The notes beneath the pieces are model-generated. The model had not been told where the DNA came from. It searched no databases and saw only the letters and a program-made list of their open reading frames with translations. From Geosiphon pyriformis uo1 (Eukaryota > Fungi > Glomeromycota): 64,000 nt of DNA. Positions 24,267-39,459 of this stretch are shown here, piece after piece (the stretch's first letter is position 1; each line of letters opens with the position of its first letter). The DNA lies in contig JAAOMT010000479.1 in the NCBI GenBank assembly GCA_016748015.1, positions 275,824-339,823 of the forward strand, read 5' to 3'. The position numbers and the translations under genes were made by a program.

Positions 24267-25141
24267 TGTTACTCATAGAATATAAGAATTATATATTAGT
24301 ATATAAATTAACCAATCAAAATAAAATATAGTAAAAGTAAAATTTCAGAATTTTTTTCAAAAAAATTGCAAGATTTCAAAATTACAAAATTCTTATATGA
24401 GAAATCACAAAATTCCAGAATTTTAAGATTTCTTACAAAAAATTACAGAATTTCTGGCTAAAAAATTAAAAAATTCAAGAAATCTTGTATAATAAAATTT
24501 ATGTATATATAACAATAGTATTAAAAACAAAAAAAACAAAATTCTTAGCTTAGAACTTCCAGCTTCAATTTCATAATTATCTTTTTATACAATAATATTC
24601 TATGACTTGAAATGGAAACATAAAATATTAATAAAAAATACTTGTTACTATTACAAGCTATCTTGTCACTATCAACAATCTATGTTGATAATTACTAATA
24701 TTTAACTATACTGGACCAATAACTCTTGATTATGGCTATTGACAAGATACTAACTCTTTTTTGCCTTGGCTAATTTTTTTTATGTTCTTTATTTTTTTTT
24801 CTTTTTTTATTTTGTTTTGTTGTTTACTAATTGATTAAGAATTAAGTACTAAGTTACTGATGTCAAAGATTGCCTGGTAAAAAATCTCTGTAAGAAGGTA
24901 GACACTTGAATTTAACAATTTCTTACCAGAAGATTGTTGACTATCAAGCTAAAAAAAATTGATGGAATTGCGATTCCAAAAGACTACTGAAAACAATTAT
25001 TGAATCTCTGTTCATTATACAAAAGACTCTACTAAAACCTTCAAATACAAAAACCTTCAGAAATTATTCATTTTTTAAGATATTACATACCAAGTTATGG
25101 GTTTGTTATTTGTTCAACACTCCAAATAATCATTTGTAATA
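24267..25141 (+). repeat. C1 5' LTR
   Basis: TGTTACT...TGTAATA, with a decayed GAATTCC array at ~24345-24485. Confidence 0.9.
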
Positions 25142-25199
25142 TTTGGTGCTTCCTATAAGATATAATCTAACAGAAAACCAGTATCCACAACAATCATTT

Positions 25200-28100
25200 A
25201 TAACAGTAGCAGAATTAAAAGTAACAGAAACCAACTATTTGGGATTTACAAAATCTTTATTTTACCACTATTACACTCATTTCAGACTGATAAGTAATAA
25301 TTGGCCAACAAAATTAGCTTTCAATTGTTACATCAACAAAAAAATTGTATATTACTTGGAAGGTTAAGGAGATCCAGAATTTGCTTTCAACAATTTCTTT
25401 AGTAAACTACTTCAGCACACTATACTTCCACAAAACTATTTATTTGTGTCTTTAATTATAAAAATAAACAGAGAAATTGAAAAGTACATTAAACAAAAAT
25501 TTCCTATTACCTTTGCTAACAAAAAAAAAAATTGTAAATACTAGCAAAAATTCCAAAGCAGATATAACCATCTATTTGGAAAAAACCAAGAGTTAAATTA
25601 CTAATACACTCATTATACTATTACATACCTAAAAGTATCATCAACATAACATCAACAGATGTGTTCACAGTAAATGTGAAACCACCATTAGCCAAAATTC
25701 TATTCCAAAGTAAACAGAAAAAAGCTAAACTATTGAAAACCTATGGTAATTATTTTGAGAGATTTAATTCACAATTAACAATGCCATTAAGACTTCAATC
25801 ACTACCACTACCACCAGATTTTAGAGCTACCAGTTCTTGGGAATTAACCAACTTCAAAAAAAAAAAGACAATGATTAAGAAAATAATAATCAAAACCTGA
25901 TCCTAGAAAATCCAGATATTTAAACTTTGATTGTTTCAACTTAGCAAAACCTAAACAATCTAAACCCAGTTTTTATTGTTTCTTAGAACTTATCTTCAGT
26001 AATCGTGATCAATCTTTCATTTGTTGCACCAATAATCACTTACCAACAACAACTACAACCTCAGCAGTTATTACAACAACAACCAATGGGCTATGCACCA
26101 ATTACCAAAATCAAAAAATTCACTAACAAAAAAGATGATGCCCAAGCATAGTTAAACAACATTGCCAAAGCAATTGCAGCCAATAATTGGAATAATGTCA
26201 GAGCCCTTTAGGCAATCTCATATTTTTTTTAAGATACAGCTAATTCATGGTACCAAAATTTTGTAAACAAACTCCAAGATTTTAACATGTTTAAAGTCAT
26301 GTTCTTACAATATTTTAGCAATTATAACAGTATCAATTACTTAGTTACTAGCTTTACCACTATCAAGCAAAGAAATACTGAAGCAGTTATCACTTACTTG
26401 AAATGTTTTCACAGAAATCTGCACCAAATTCAGACAATCAAAGCTAACTATTTCATAGTATTACAGATTTTAAATCAATTCATCCAAGACTTATACAGCA
26501 GTTTATTGCAATAAGTACATCCAATACATTCAAATACACTCCAAAATACAGTTATCTATACCAAAGACTTTGAATCAACTAAATTAGAAGCCAACCATAC
26601 CCAAGCTATAAACTTAGTAATAAATAGATTATCTGAACTAGATTCTAAATTAAAACAATTTAATAAATTAATCAATCAGAAATAGAGAGATACTTAGCTA
26701 ACAACAACAATCCAACAATTTATTAGCTGCTGCAATATCATAAAAATCAAAGAAACCCAAATCAATTCCAAAATTAATCACATTTATTATTAGCAGCAAA
26801 TCAATCATGGCAATCAGAGATGCACATTTGCTATAATTGTGGTAAATAAGACCATTTAAAAATAAATTGCCATACCAGAGTCAATAATCAATGATTAGAA
26901 AACCAATATCAAAATCCTAATTGTTGGTTTTAAACTCTGAATTATTCCTTAAATCAAGATCAATATTAATTTCATTACTCATAAATAATACAACAATCAA
27001 TATATACATCTTCAATTTATCAAACTCCAGTCTTAGTTATTTATTAACCACAGCCACAAGTAATTTATAAACTCTAATCTATTCTACTACTGCTACAAAA
27101 TTCAGCTCAAATGTTATTTGAAAACCAAAAGCCAAGAATCACTCATATACTATAAAACTAGAAATTGACAATAGTAATGCATTAACCAATCTCTAATTCA
27201 TTGCAACAGCCATCAAGATTATACCAGTGGAGTTCGAAAAATAAGTACACATAAAACCTGAGTTCCCAAAACTATTTAAGCTTACTTATTACTCCAGAAA
27301 TCATCTCATCTAACAATCAACCAAAAACAACTACTTACTAACAATATACTTTCAGCAACCATTACTAATAATAAATTACTAGCTGCTATTTTTCTCTTTG
27401 AACTTGAGAAACAGTTAGCAACCTCTTTATTCAATAGAGCTGTTCTAAATACCAAATTTATCACTACTATATACACTAATATCAAAGTCAATAACCAGTC
27501 TATTAAACTGATCCTTAATAGTAGATCAGCAGACAGCATTATTACATAACAACTTATAAAGCAATTAGATTGCCAAGTTAATTGTGCTGCCAGCACCAGA
27601 ATCATTACAGCTGATGGAATGACTAAAATCTCTATTGGCAAGATTGACAACTTTCTATTTAAAGTCAACAGCATTGTTGTATCTATAAAGGTTTTTATTA
27701 TAAAAGCTACACAGTACTAAGCATTAATTGGTAATGACTGGCTGTCTAAAACCAATGCTATTTTCAACTGGACCACACAAGAGCTCTAACTTAGTCAAGA
27801 TGATCAGCAAATTTGAGTATCTGTTATCTATGACTATTTTAGAACAAATGTTATTTAACTACCACTACTAATCAAATTCAAAAAAAAAACCTACCTGAGA
27901 AGTCTACCAAATTTTGTGAACCAAAGATGACCATAATAAGCTATTTCCATTTCTAGACTGAAATAACAAAGAAAAGAGAAAGAAAGAAGATAAATTTGAA
28001 AAAACCACTACTACTGAAAAAATAACTAATGGATGGAAAAAATCATACTTGGTAAATACAAAAAAAAAGCCACCATATATTCTGCTCAAATGCAAGGACT

Positions 28101-28673
28101 GTAAAAAAAAGCTGTTCTTTATAAAAACATAAATTACATCTAATAAAGACTACTGGATATGTACACACTACTACTATAAGCCATGCTACAGAAAACACTA
28201 TGGTTATTCCAAATGACAAGGCAAGTAAAACAATGAATTATGTCTTACTTGTGGAAAACAGTTACTCAACAAAAAAATATGGAATAACATTCCTGGTTGA
28301 GAAAAAATATGTGACATCTTATGCCAATACATAATCTTTATAAATAATTAGATCAACAAAAAAATGCTTTTTAATGCTATATAGAATCATGCTTTGTTAT
28401 GCTTAGATAGTTATCTACATAATAAAAACAAGATCTAAAGAATAACAAGTGCCAAAGTTGAAAGTACTTTGCTCAACAAAATATTAAAGATTAAAAATAA
28501 TCCACCAGAACCAGTGAAGATTTTTTTTATCTTCAACTCTGATGTTTTTCTTGACATTAAAGCTGGTTCAGAAGAATTTTATAAACATTACCAGAATTTA
28601 GCACCAACCAGACAAAAACAAGAGCAACATTTAAAACAACTAAACATTTGATTATGTGATCACTGTTTAATAC
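25200..28673 (+). pseudogene. C1 gag, protease and Cys-rich region (continues at 36340)
   Basis: YAPITKIKKFT...AIAANNWNN (gag), CYNCGK*DHLKINC, LILNSRSA...LIGNDWL (PR), KCKDC / CLTC / CDILC / CDHC. Confidence 0.8.
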
Positions 28674-29415
28674 TGTTATGGTTAAAACCTATACTTCTTA
28701 TTAATTATTACATGTATTAGCCACTGATGTTATATAATTAGCCACTCTATTTTTAGATAGTAATCATTAATCTGACCATTGATCTGATTATTGACCTAAT
28801 CATTGATCTAGTTATTGACTTAATCATTAACTATTTTTGATAGCTATATAAGCAATGAATCTCTTAGCTATAAAAAAGCATGTAAGAATCAAAGAAAGAA
28901 AGAAATAAAATAACAACTTTTATCTCAATTATTCTCTTATCACTAATTTTCTTTTCTCTACCTTCAAGTATCTAAACATCTTGGGATAAAAGATTACTTG
29001 TTGGTTATTCCTTACCCTTTTTTTGAAATGTGTAATTGCAGCATTTGAAGATTATTGAATAAAACATGACTGAAGAGTACATATGATATCTGATATTGAA
29101 TTCTAAGAGTGTCAATTTGAGACATAGAATTATACCAGTATGTAATCATTTGTTAACAGTATAGACTATTCTTCTACCTTCAGATTCTCCAGTTATCTTT
29201 TGAAAAGTATAGTAACTAAGATATTTTATAAGACTGATCTCGCACATTGAATCCATACTTATTTAATTCACTCTTTGAAGTTGAATTCCCTTTGATTTCT
29301 TTTATTACCCTACAATTCTGTTCTCCCTTGCTATCTGTTAGCTTGTTATTTCAATTCATAACATAAAAGTGGTATTTCCTGTGAGATTGTCAAAATCCAT
29401 TTTGTTTTCTATTGT

Positions 29416-32400
29416 ATGAGTAATTATTCATATCTGCCACAATAATCAAAAGAACACTTTGAAGCACATAACAAAAACAATCTAGACTTTATTGAACTCA
29501 ATCTTTTGCTCTTCTGGTTAATTTGCTTTCCCATCAAAAAACAATTCAGTAGACAATTCCAAAATTTTTGGAACTGGTTTCTGAACAAACATTCAGCTGA
29601 AACCTACACAACCTATACAACTTACTACTTTGACCAAGCTTATCTTGAAGACAACTTTGAAAAAAGAAACAACAGCATTAATTAGCTTTTATATTCCACA
29701 ATCTTTGAACAACAGCTTCTTGATTTCGAATATCTGAATCACCAAATTCACATCTGGATTGCTGCCTACCAGTTAGCTAAAACACTCTTTGAAACAGAAG
29801 AAAAAAGCTATCAAACTGCTCTTGTTTTTAATCTCTTCTTAAGTAAATCAGAACATTCCATACAAATAGTTACTTCTGAACCAATGGCTAATGACCCTAT
29901 ACAACAAAACATTCTGATTGCTCTTCAAGACATACAAATTGCTTTAAGACAAAGAAACAATACCCCATTACTATTATTTAGAGGTAATACACAAAATCTA
30001 ATTGAATGGTTAGATAACTTTGAAAGAACTGTCACAGCCAACCAATATGATAATGAATACAAGTTCCAAATCATTAGTGGCTACCTTCAAGACTCTTCTG
30101 CTACTTGGTTCTTACAAGAAACCAATGTCAATGTTCAACAAAGAATTATTAGATGGGCACTAGCAAATGCTGGAAAAAACAACACTTCTTTTATTATCTG
30201 GTTTGAAATAAAATTTAGAACTCCTATCTTGATATCTAAATGACACATGGAACTAGAAAAAAGAACCCAAGATCTTAGTAAAGTGGTAATTGAATATGCC
30301 AAAACCATCAGAAAATTAATTAAAAAAGTAGATTCTAAAAGAAACTAGATAGAAAAGCAAAAGATTTATTCCTTTACAAAAGAATTGAGAACAGATCTAT
30401 CATATGTTCTTTGGCTCCTCCTGGCCTTGAAAGATAATCTCACAATAGATTTGGCTATTGAACTTGTTCAAAGAATAGAAGATAACCAAAGAATGCATCT
30501 GAGATCTACTCTTTCAGTTTTTGCTTCTGCTTCTGTTATGACTTCTGCTCCACAAATGATTGTTATCTCTTTTGCTACCCAAACTCAAGACCCCAATAAA
30601 CAGTTGATAGATAAATTTACAGCAAATCTTGCTCAGTTATTAAAACTATTAGCCTAAGCAGTCAGAAACAACCAGCAATTACAAAGATTTAGATTTGAAC
30701 CATATTTTAATTAGCCCCAGCAATCTTTTTATCAAAGACAGCAAAATTGTGGCTCATTTGTATGCTATTATTGTAGATTAACTAGACATTTTTCCAGAAA
30801 TTGCAACAATTTTTTATTGTCTCTTTCAATTCCTAAAAACAATTACAATCAAACCAACAGAACCATTAATAATAATGTTCTTAATTAAAGATCCAATTAT
30901 GCCAACATCAATTTCTTTGGAGAGAATCTCTTAGTTGAAGTCATTGTTTATTAGCCTTTAAACTGGTAGGTGCACCTCCAAAGAGTAAGAGTGCAAGCCA
31001 ATTAGAAGAAAACCTCTTTTATGCTTTTAATCTAATTGATGATGACCATGATATAGATAAACTAGTTATTAACACCTCTGAATCAACAAAAAAGAAAAAA
31101 AAAACCAAGGTTGATTTCGTTTTGGAACCAAACAAGGCATCCAAATCAACTACTAATAACAATAAACTACCAAAAACTAAAGTTTTTAAAAATTCTCCAA
31201 AGTTGGAATCTCCAAAAATAGTACAAAAATCTGGCTTCTATTCTGTTGTTAAAATCTCATGGAAATCCCAATACACATTACATTTGGTCAACTAATGACT
31301 CATCTACAGTTCAGAAAAAATTTTCACAAATCATTGATACTAAAGAAAAAAACACCAAAGACCAATAAACATCTTTGCCAAGCTGGACTTGCTGATAACA
31401 GCAATGTCACTCTACTAATTTGTAAAGCCCAAGTGGCTGGTTATTTTATTAATCTAATCTTAAACAGTAAATCATCTGTTAGTGTAATTGCCAAATACTT
31501 TCTTAAAGCAATTGACAGAAAGATTGATGAGCCTTCTACTTAACTAATGACCAATGTATATGGTAACAAAAAGAAAAGTTTGGGCATAGCCAAAGCTGTT
31601 TCTGTTTGCATTAATGGTATCAGCATTAAAACTGACATGGAAGTATTTGAAGCAAAAGAGTACACTATAATTGTTGGCAATAAATGGCTCAAGAAAGCCA
31701 AAGCATTACTTGACTATGAGCTTTGTAAGCTAACCATCAGATGTGGTGAAAAGCTCATTGTGGTTAAGTGCCATTATTAGACAACTCTTTCAGTACCAAA
31801 GCAAAACCAAAACGAAAAACAATCAGATAAATCAAATAATGATGAAGGCAATAAAGAAGAAAATCAAGAAAAACAAGAAGAAACTGTTGAATTTGCTTAT
31901 ACTATTTTTACCAGCAATAGCAAGCCACTAGACAATATTAAAGCTGACAAAAAAAAATCATGGTAAATGGCAAGCTGATCTGCTGGTCCTACTATGATAT
32001 TCTCAAAAAAACTTTTGATAGAAAACCTGGCAAGAAAGCAAAATACAATTATTGGTGGTACAGTCCTTGTGTCAGGTGCTGGTTTAATAAATTTTTATAT
32101 TCTTTTAGTGATGAATGCAAGTCCTGCCTAATCTATTACAAAGATTGGGAGCCAATTAGTTTGATATTCAGAAAAGAACTAAAAGAAGTACAAAAGTCCT
32201 TTGAGAATAAATCACCTGAAATCTAATCACTAGTTATAGAACAAAGAGAATCTTCCTTTAAAGAAAGAAAAGTGGACATTAAAAATCTGTTGGCTAGAAA
32301 TAGCCCAGTTATTTTAAAAGAAGGCGATACCTCTGGACAAACCCATGTGATACAACACACCATTACTACAAAAGAAACTTATTCCATCTATTTGAAGCTT

Positions 32401-33648
32401 TATCAATCTAATTAACACAATAATAAGTTTATTAAGAAAGAGATAAACCAGATAAAAAATTTTGGATTTATACAAGAAACCAAGAGTGAATAGGCTTTTT
32501 CAGTTGTAGTGATATTCAAGAAAAGTAGAACTTTACATTTCTGTGTTGATTACTGCCAATTAAATACCATCACTATAAGAGACATGTATTTACTTCTTAA
32601 AATTGATGCAATGCTAGAAAAATTCAATGGTACTGCTTTCTTTTCAACTATTGACTTAATTGCTGGATTCTGGCAAGTAGAGATAGATCCAGAAAACAAA
32701 AAGAAAACTGCTTTTATTACCAAGTATAACACCTATGAATTTACAGTCATGTCTTTTGGTCTCACCAATGCCCCTCCCACCTTTTAACACCTAATGGACA
32801 AAGTATTTGAATCAGTAAAAGAAAACTTTGTTCTGGTCTACTTAAATGACATAATAATCTACTCAAAAACCTGAGATGAACATCTTAAATATTTGCAAAA
32901 GGTTTTTGATCTGTTCAGAAATGCTGGCCTTAAGATTAATCCAATTAAATCTTTTTTTAAACATCAATCTATCCAGTTTTTTGGTCATCTTATTACAAAA
33001 GATAGAATCTTCTCTGATTCAACTAAGATTGAAAAAGTTCAGAACATTAGACAATCAATAAATGTTTCTGAACTATGTTCTTTCCTTGGTTTGGCTTCTT
33101 ATTATTGTAAATTTATCAAAAATTTCTCCAAAATCGTCTTTTCTCTCAATCAGCTATTCAGGAAAAATGTTAATTATTACTGGAGCACTTATTAACAAAA
33201 AGCTTTTGAAATTCTGAAGGAAAAACTTGTTATTAAACCAATTCTTAAGCAACTTAATCTGAACCAACCTTTTATCTTTCATACTGATGCATCTGGCTAT
33301 GGACTTGGTGCTGTCTTTTCACAAAAAGATGAAAATAGCAGAGAACATGCTATAGCATATGCCAATAAATCCCTCATACCAGCAGAAAAAAACTATTCAA
33401 TAACTGAACAAGAATATTTAGCAGTAGTTTGGACTACTAATTACTAAAATTAATATTTTCTTGGTGTGAAATTCTTAGTAATAACAAATCATCAAGTCTT
33501 GGTTTGGCTACACAATAAAAAGAAGCTGAAACACAAATGAATAACTTACTAGATACTCTATTTGAATGAATTTGACTATAATATTCAATACTGCAAAGAA
33601 GCAAATCATCAAAATGTCAATGCTTTCTTTAGACTTACCATCCAGTAA
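29416..33648 (+). pseudogene. B2 gag (29416-30969) and pol PR-RT-RH (30957-33648)
   Basis: Direct homology to B1. Slippery TTTAAAC at 30957-30963. Many decay stops. Confidence 0.88.
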
Positions 33649-33712
33649 TAGTACAATCTTTTAAACCAAACCAACTTAATTATTAGTAACTCTTTCACAA
33701 ACAAACATGATA

Positions 33713-35026
33713 ATAGACTTGGACAACTACTCTGTCTTAATAGAATTTTTGGGTAAAGGATAATATCCACCAAAATACACTTGACAGCAAAGAAAACATT
33801 TGTGCAAACAATCAAATTTTTATTTGATTCACCAGAACCAATTATATAAAAGAAACAGAAAAGATCCTGATTGCCTTTAAAGAGTCATTAGATTTGAAGA
33901 AAGAGAAATTATAATATATAACATGCATACTGACCTATTAGCTAGACACTTTGGAAAAACAAAAACAATTTAGAAAACTTTAGTTTGCTATTATTGGCCT
34001 ACCTTAAAAAAAGATATTGCTGAATACATCAAAACCTGTAACATCTGCCAAAAAAAAGGCAAACCCAATTGCAAAAAAGATATTCATCTAATCTTTGTTG
34101 GTTAACTATTTGACAGAATTGGTATAGATGTTGTTGAACTTTTAACAATAACTCCTGATAGCAACAGATATATTATCACAGCTACTGACTATCTTACAAA
34201 ATGAATAGAAGCAAAACCCACTCCAGATCAAACAGCAGTCTCAATAGCCAATTTCATTTATGAAGATATTATCTGTTATTATGGCTGCTTTAAAGAACTT
34301 TTATCTGATAGAGAAAAAGCTTTTCTCAGTACACTGGTTAAAAAACTTTGCAGAAAAATGGGAATACATCACAAACTTTTCTTCTTCTACCATCTCCAAA
34401 CAAATAGCTTAATAGAACGTTTTAATAAAACATTATATGAAACTCTAACCAAAACCAGTAAAAAAACAAACTTATGGGACAAAGTACTGCTTTCAGCTTT
34501 GTTTGCTTATAGAACTGTAAATTATGACATAACAAGTTATGAATCTTTTTATCTGTTTTATAAACACATGGCAATACTACTAATAGAAACTGACATTGAG
34601 ACAATACTCTTTGAAGAGATTACAATAAAAAGTTACAAAGACATTTTGCAAAGAAGACTTGGTACCATTTTTGATTCCTTGGTAGAAGCACAAATAATTG
34701 CTTTTGAAAAGATAAAACAGTTCCAAGAAAAGCTTAAGAAAAAAAAAACCTATAAAACACTTTCTTTAAGTATTGGTAACTTGGTATTAGAATACCATTC
34801 AGACAGAGACAATGTCTATGGTAATAAATTTTTTAGCTGGTGAAAAAGACTTTTTATAGTCAACAAAGTTTTGAATAATAGTTCTTATATTCTTTAAGAT
34901 TAATCTAAAACAATCTTTAATAATTATTCTGTTCATGATATATGACTCAAGAAATATTATAAATAACCTGATTGGTTGCCTATTGTGGTAATACTGATCC
35001 AAATGATCAGTAAAAATCAAGTATAA
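33713..35026 (+). pseudogene. B2 integrase (separate ORF, ATG decayed to ATA)
   Basis: Homologous to 19383-20696; YHLQTNSLIERFN. Confidence 0.85.
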
Positions 35027-35067
35027 ATAAATCCATCATTCTCAAAACAAAAGTATCTTTAATCAAC

Positions 35068-35634
35068 ATAAATAATCATTTTCTAAATCAAAATATTCAA
35101 AACGCCTTCTATACTCTCCATGAATATTGGATCAAAAACTATCCAAATACTACTCTAACTATTGAAAAGCAAACCACCATAACTAATAACAATGGAACAC
35201 ATATTGTTATTAGATTCAAGAAAACTACTATCAGAAGAGAAAGAATTGGTAGCAAAATAAATAAATATTTGTTAGAAAGTATAACAACAGCTATACTCTC
35301 ACTTTCTAGCACAATTGGAAAAACCATTCAAGAAATCTTGCTCATAAACAAAAATTTGTCATATAGAAGGCAATTAAAACTTTATAGTCATCTTAGAAAA
35401 ATCATAGAAGATATAAAACTCATAAAGAAAACTACTTTAGAGATACAGGCAGAAATTTTGGGCATTATATGGTTAGATGTTTCAAGAGTTTTAACTATTG
35501 TTAAAAGAGCCAAAATCTTAATACAAAGATTTGGTTTTTTGGATACAAAACTCATTTTGTCTTAAGTATTATATATCCTATCCACAAAAGACTTTAACAA
35601 ACTAGTTAGCTTTGAGTTAGATAAAACTCTTTAA
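35068..35634 (+). pseudogene. B2 ORF3
   Basis: 567 nt, colinear with B1 ORF3, with decay stops. Confidence 0.75.
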
Positions 35635-36614
35635 TTAGATTACATCATGAATAGTTTGATTTCACTAAAGCTCAATCTTTTTGGAAAGAATGATGTTATG
35701 ATTAAAATCTATACTTCTTATTAATTATTATATGTATTAGCCACTAATGTCATATAATTAGCCACTCTTTTTTTAGATAGTAATCATTGACCTGATCATT
35801 GACCACTTTTGATAGCTATATAAGTGATGAATCTTTTAGCTATAAAAAAGCATGTAAGAATCAAAAAAAGAAATAAATAAAATAACAACTTTCATCTCAA
35901 TCATTCTCTTATTACTAATTTCTCTTTTCCTACTTTCAAGTATCTAAACATCTTGAGATAAAAGATTATTTGTTGGTTATTTGTTACTTTTTTTCTAAAA
36001 TGTGTAATTGCAGCATTTGAAAATTATTGAATAAAACATAACTAAAGAGTACATCTGATACCTGATATTGAATTCTAAGAGTGCCAATGTAAAGCATAGA
36101 ATTATACCAGTGTGTGATTATTTGTTGACAGTATAGACTATCCCTTTACTTTGAGATTCTCTGGTTATCTTTTGAAAAGTATAGCAACTGAGATATTTTA
36201 TGAAACTGATCCTGCACATTAAATTCATACTTATTCAATTTGCTCTTTGAAGTTGAATTTCTTTTGATTTCTTTTATCATTCTACAATCTTGTTCTCTCT
36301 TGCTATCTATTAGCTTATTACTCCAACTCATAACAATACCATGTAATTTTCAATATTGCAATAATTGTGACCTTATTTACAATCTCAGAAAAGAAAAAAC
36401 CAATCAGCAGTTACAAAACAAAATTAGGATTACCACTCAATTACAATTCAAACTTTGACAATAACAATAATAATAATGGTTTCAGCTCTATTCAAAATAG
36501 CAATAATAACAGCAACAATTCAAATTCTGATTTAAACTCAGAACAATATATCACACTTCTTAATCTTTTTAAGAAGCAAAAACTCAAATGGTTCAGCAAT
36601 AATAATGAAGTATT

Positions 36615-37012
36615 ATGCCAAAACAAGCACATAATACTGATGCAAAATTTGATTTAAGATATCCAAGAAAAGATGCCATCAAATTAAAACCACATTTATG
36701 CACTTATATTGATCTAAAAACAGCACTAAAAATTCCAGCAACTACAATAGTTCAGCTAATATCTAGAAGTAATTTAGCAAAAAAAAGAATTAATATCCAA
36801 AGAGGAATAATTAATACAGAATATGTAAGAAATATTATTATAATATTACAAAAATAATTCAGAAAAAGAATATATTATTAAGCCAAACAAAAAGATAACA
36901 CAGATAATATTCCTATTTTTGGTTAAAATAGTTTAGTTAATGTTAGTAGGAAATAGAGAGGAATTAGAGATAACAACAAGAAAGATAAGTGGATTTGAAT
37001 TTACAGATAAAA
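36615..37012 (+). pseudogene. dut: C1 dUTPase domain
   Basis: DAKFDL, SRSNLA, GIINTEY, KITQ and GFEFTD are decayed versions of dUTPase motifs 1-5. Confidence 0.8.
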
Positions 37013-38556
37013 TAAACATACTAGTTAATATAGCAAAGAAAAAAACTATTGATAAGAAAGAAATTATCTTCATTCATCAATTAGTTTTTATTCCACTATA
37101 TGACTAGTATATATTAAGAATAGAAAAAAAAGTGTGAAATCAATTACAGTTTTTTGAAACAAAATCAACCATGTGTATATCAAAAAAAATTAGATTTACC
37201 AATTTCTATATACCAGTCAAAAATAATAACCATATTTAAATTTCTATCTATAATACAACTAGAGATATTATCAAAATACCAAAAGAAACCATTATTAAAT
37301 GTATAAGTACAAAAGTTGAGAATTAATTACCAAATCCCATTCCAGATTTTCCACAACTGTGTAGATATGTGGACATTACATCATAAACAATATATAGACA
37401 AGAAGAATATTATTTGCTTCAACCAGATTAATTGAAACAAATAAACATGGAAAATCTAGACCCACTTTAATATATACAACTCAAAATACTATTTAACAAT
37501 TTTAATAACATTTTTGCCAATGAAAATAAATTTGGCAAAATTAACATCATTTAACACCAAATCAAGACAGGAGATGCAATGCCAATTAAACAAAGAGCAT
37601 ACAAAGTACCACCAGCCAGCCATAAAATCATTTGACAAGAAATTAACAGAATGTTGAACAACAAATTAATTCAATCATCAATGAGTCTATGGTTATTACC
37701 AGTAGTACTAGTCCAAAAGAAAAATGGAAAAATTTGTTTTTGTGTAGATTATAGAAAACTCAATAGTGTCACTCATAGAAACAGCTATTCAACTTCATAG
37801 ATCCAGAAATTATTTGATGCTTTTAGAGAAAAAAAATGGTTTTCAACATTAAATCTAAACAGTAGTTATTGGCAAATAGCCATTGTTACAGTTGAATTAT
37901 TTGGAGTCTCAAGTCAAATAACAAACCCAAAACTTGGTGCTCAAAAGCTATTTCTGTCAATGATATCTGAAAATGTTGTATCTGAAGATTTTGATAGAGT
38001 CCTTTGTATAATGGACAGAGATTCGATAGTGCAATGATTCGTCATTTGTTGTCAGTTGTTTCCCAATTTCTTTCTCAGCCCGGCAGCTGGATTTATTCTG
38101 GCAGTCATGCCCTTTTGGTAAGCTAACTGATAATATATATAAATCTACCCTTATTTCTGGGTCTTTTACCAGGCTATCTGTGACATCAATAACTCAGCGC
38201 TTTTAATTCTCAATCAATTAATAAGCACAACAGAATCAAAGAAAGAAATAAATAAATAAATAAAATAAAGAAATTAATGATGATGAAGATAAGCCAAGGC
38301 AATTTGGTAAGTTAGTATCTCGTCAATAGCCATGATCAAGAGCTATTGTTCCAGTGTGGTTAGGTATCAATCACTATCAACATGAAGTATTGATAGTGGA
38401 GAGTGGATTGAGATATAAAATAATTATTTATTTGATAATTGGGAATTGGAAAGTTGCTTAGATTAAATCTAAACTAAGAGGTCTGTCTTTTCAGCTTCTA
38501 ATTCTGCTGCTATATATACATAATTAAGATTCCTTAATTCCTCAATTTTTCACAAC

Positions 38557-38690
38557 AGAAATCCTGGAATTCCTGGAATCCTGCAATTCTTTTGAGAGGA
38601 ATTCTGGAATTCTGGAATCCTGCGATTTCTCATTGGGGAATCCTGAAATTCCTGGAATCCTGGAATTCCTGAGAAAAATTCTGGAATTCC
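38557..38690 (-). repeat. GGAATTCC/GGAATCC motif array in the C LTR U3
   Basis: Roughly ten or more imperfect copies just upstream (element sense) of the TATATATA box near 38510. Shorter in the partner LTR. Confidence 0.8.
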
Positions 38691-38781
38691 ACATTTTACT
38701 ACGCCTACTTCTAATTGGCTACTAATCATGCTAATATATTTCCTATATTTCTATGAGTAATATTATTCCCTCCTTTTAATA

Positions 38782-39405
38782 TTAAGCTCCGTCGAAATCC
38801 AACTTGTTTAATTCCCCCTTTTGAAGTATTTCCTGGATTTCATTTTCGAGAATTACTTGTGTTATTTGGGTCTATAATTCTTTAAATTGAGCATTGGTGA
38901 TTTTTCCCAATTGATTACTGGTAACCATATCCATTGCTTTGTTGAGTAATATTTCTGGTCTATCCTGAAATGCTGTGTGTATTCAGTATATGGCTCGGGC
39001 CTGTGTGGATAAGTTGTTTTTTCTCACAAAATGTTCTAATTGTTATAGTATTCTTTTGTCAAATAATTGCTTTGTTTTATCCGTATATAGATTCTGGATA
39101 TTTATGTGTTGTCCCAAGTAAAAATAACAATAGTTTCTTGGAAATTGTTGTATTTACTAATTCCAAGTTTCTTTAGTCAACTCTTGATATAGTGCCTCTT
39201 TTGTCGACTCTCTTATTGCTAATTTTACTTTCACAATGATTTTGTCTACTGTATTTTCAGTTTTCTTCTGTGTTCTGGGTTGCAATGTCTTTCTAGTATC
39301 TTAATATCAAATGGTTTGTTGATTGATTGTAATTTCCATTTCCTGGTGTTGGATTAATTAAAAAAGTTGTTGTGCTAGTGAGTGAATGTTGTCTGTAATT
39401 TCCAT
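38782..39405 (-). pseudogene. C2 ORF3 (~207 codons)
   Basis: Single frame MEITDNIHSLAQQLF...YCYFYLGQ...QARAIY(W)IHTAF...KLDFDGA*. Internal stops are all explainable as CAA/CAG/TGG decay. Homolog in C1. Confidence 0.72.
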
Positions 39406-39459
39406 TTTTCTGATATTTCCTATCACATTTACTGTGTCTTTATATATTCCTTTGCTGAA

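Larger units (their letters stand above)
28674..36335 (+). mobile_element. Full-length Gypsy element B2 nested in C1
   Basis: LTRs 28674-29363 (690 bp) and 35694-36335 (642 bp), TSD ATAC, PBS from 29370. Colinear with B1. Confidence 0.95.
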
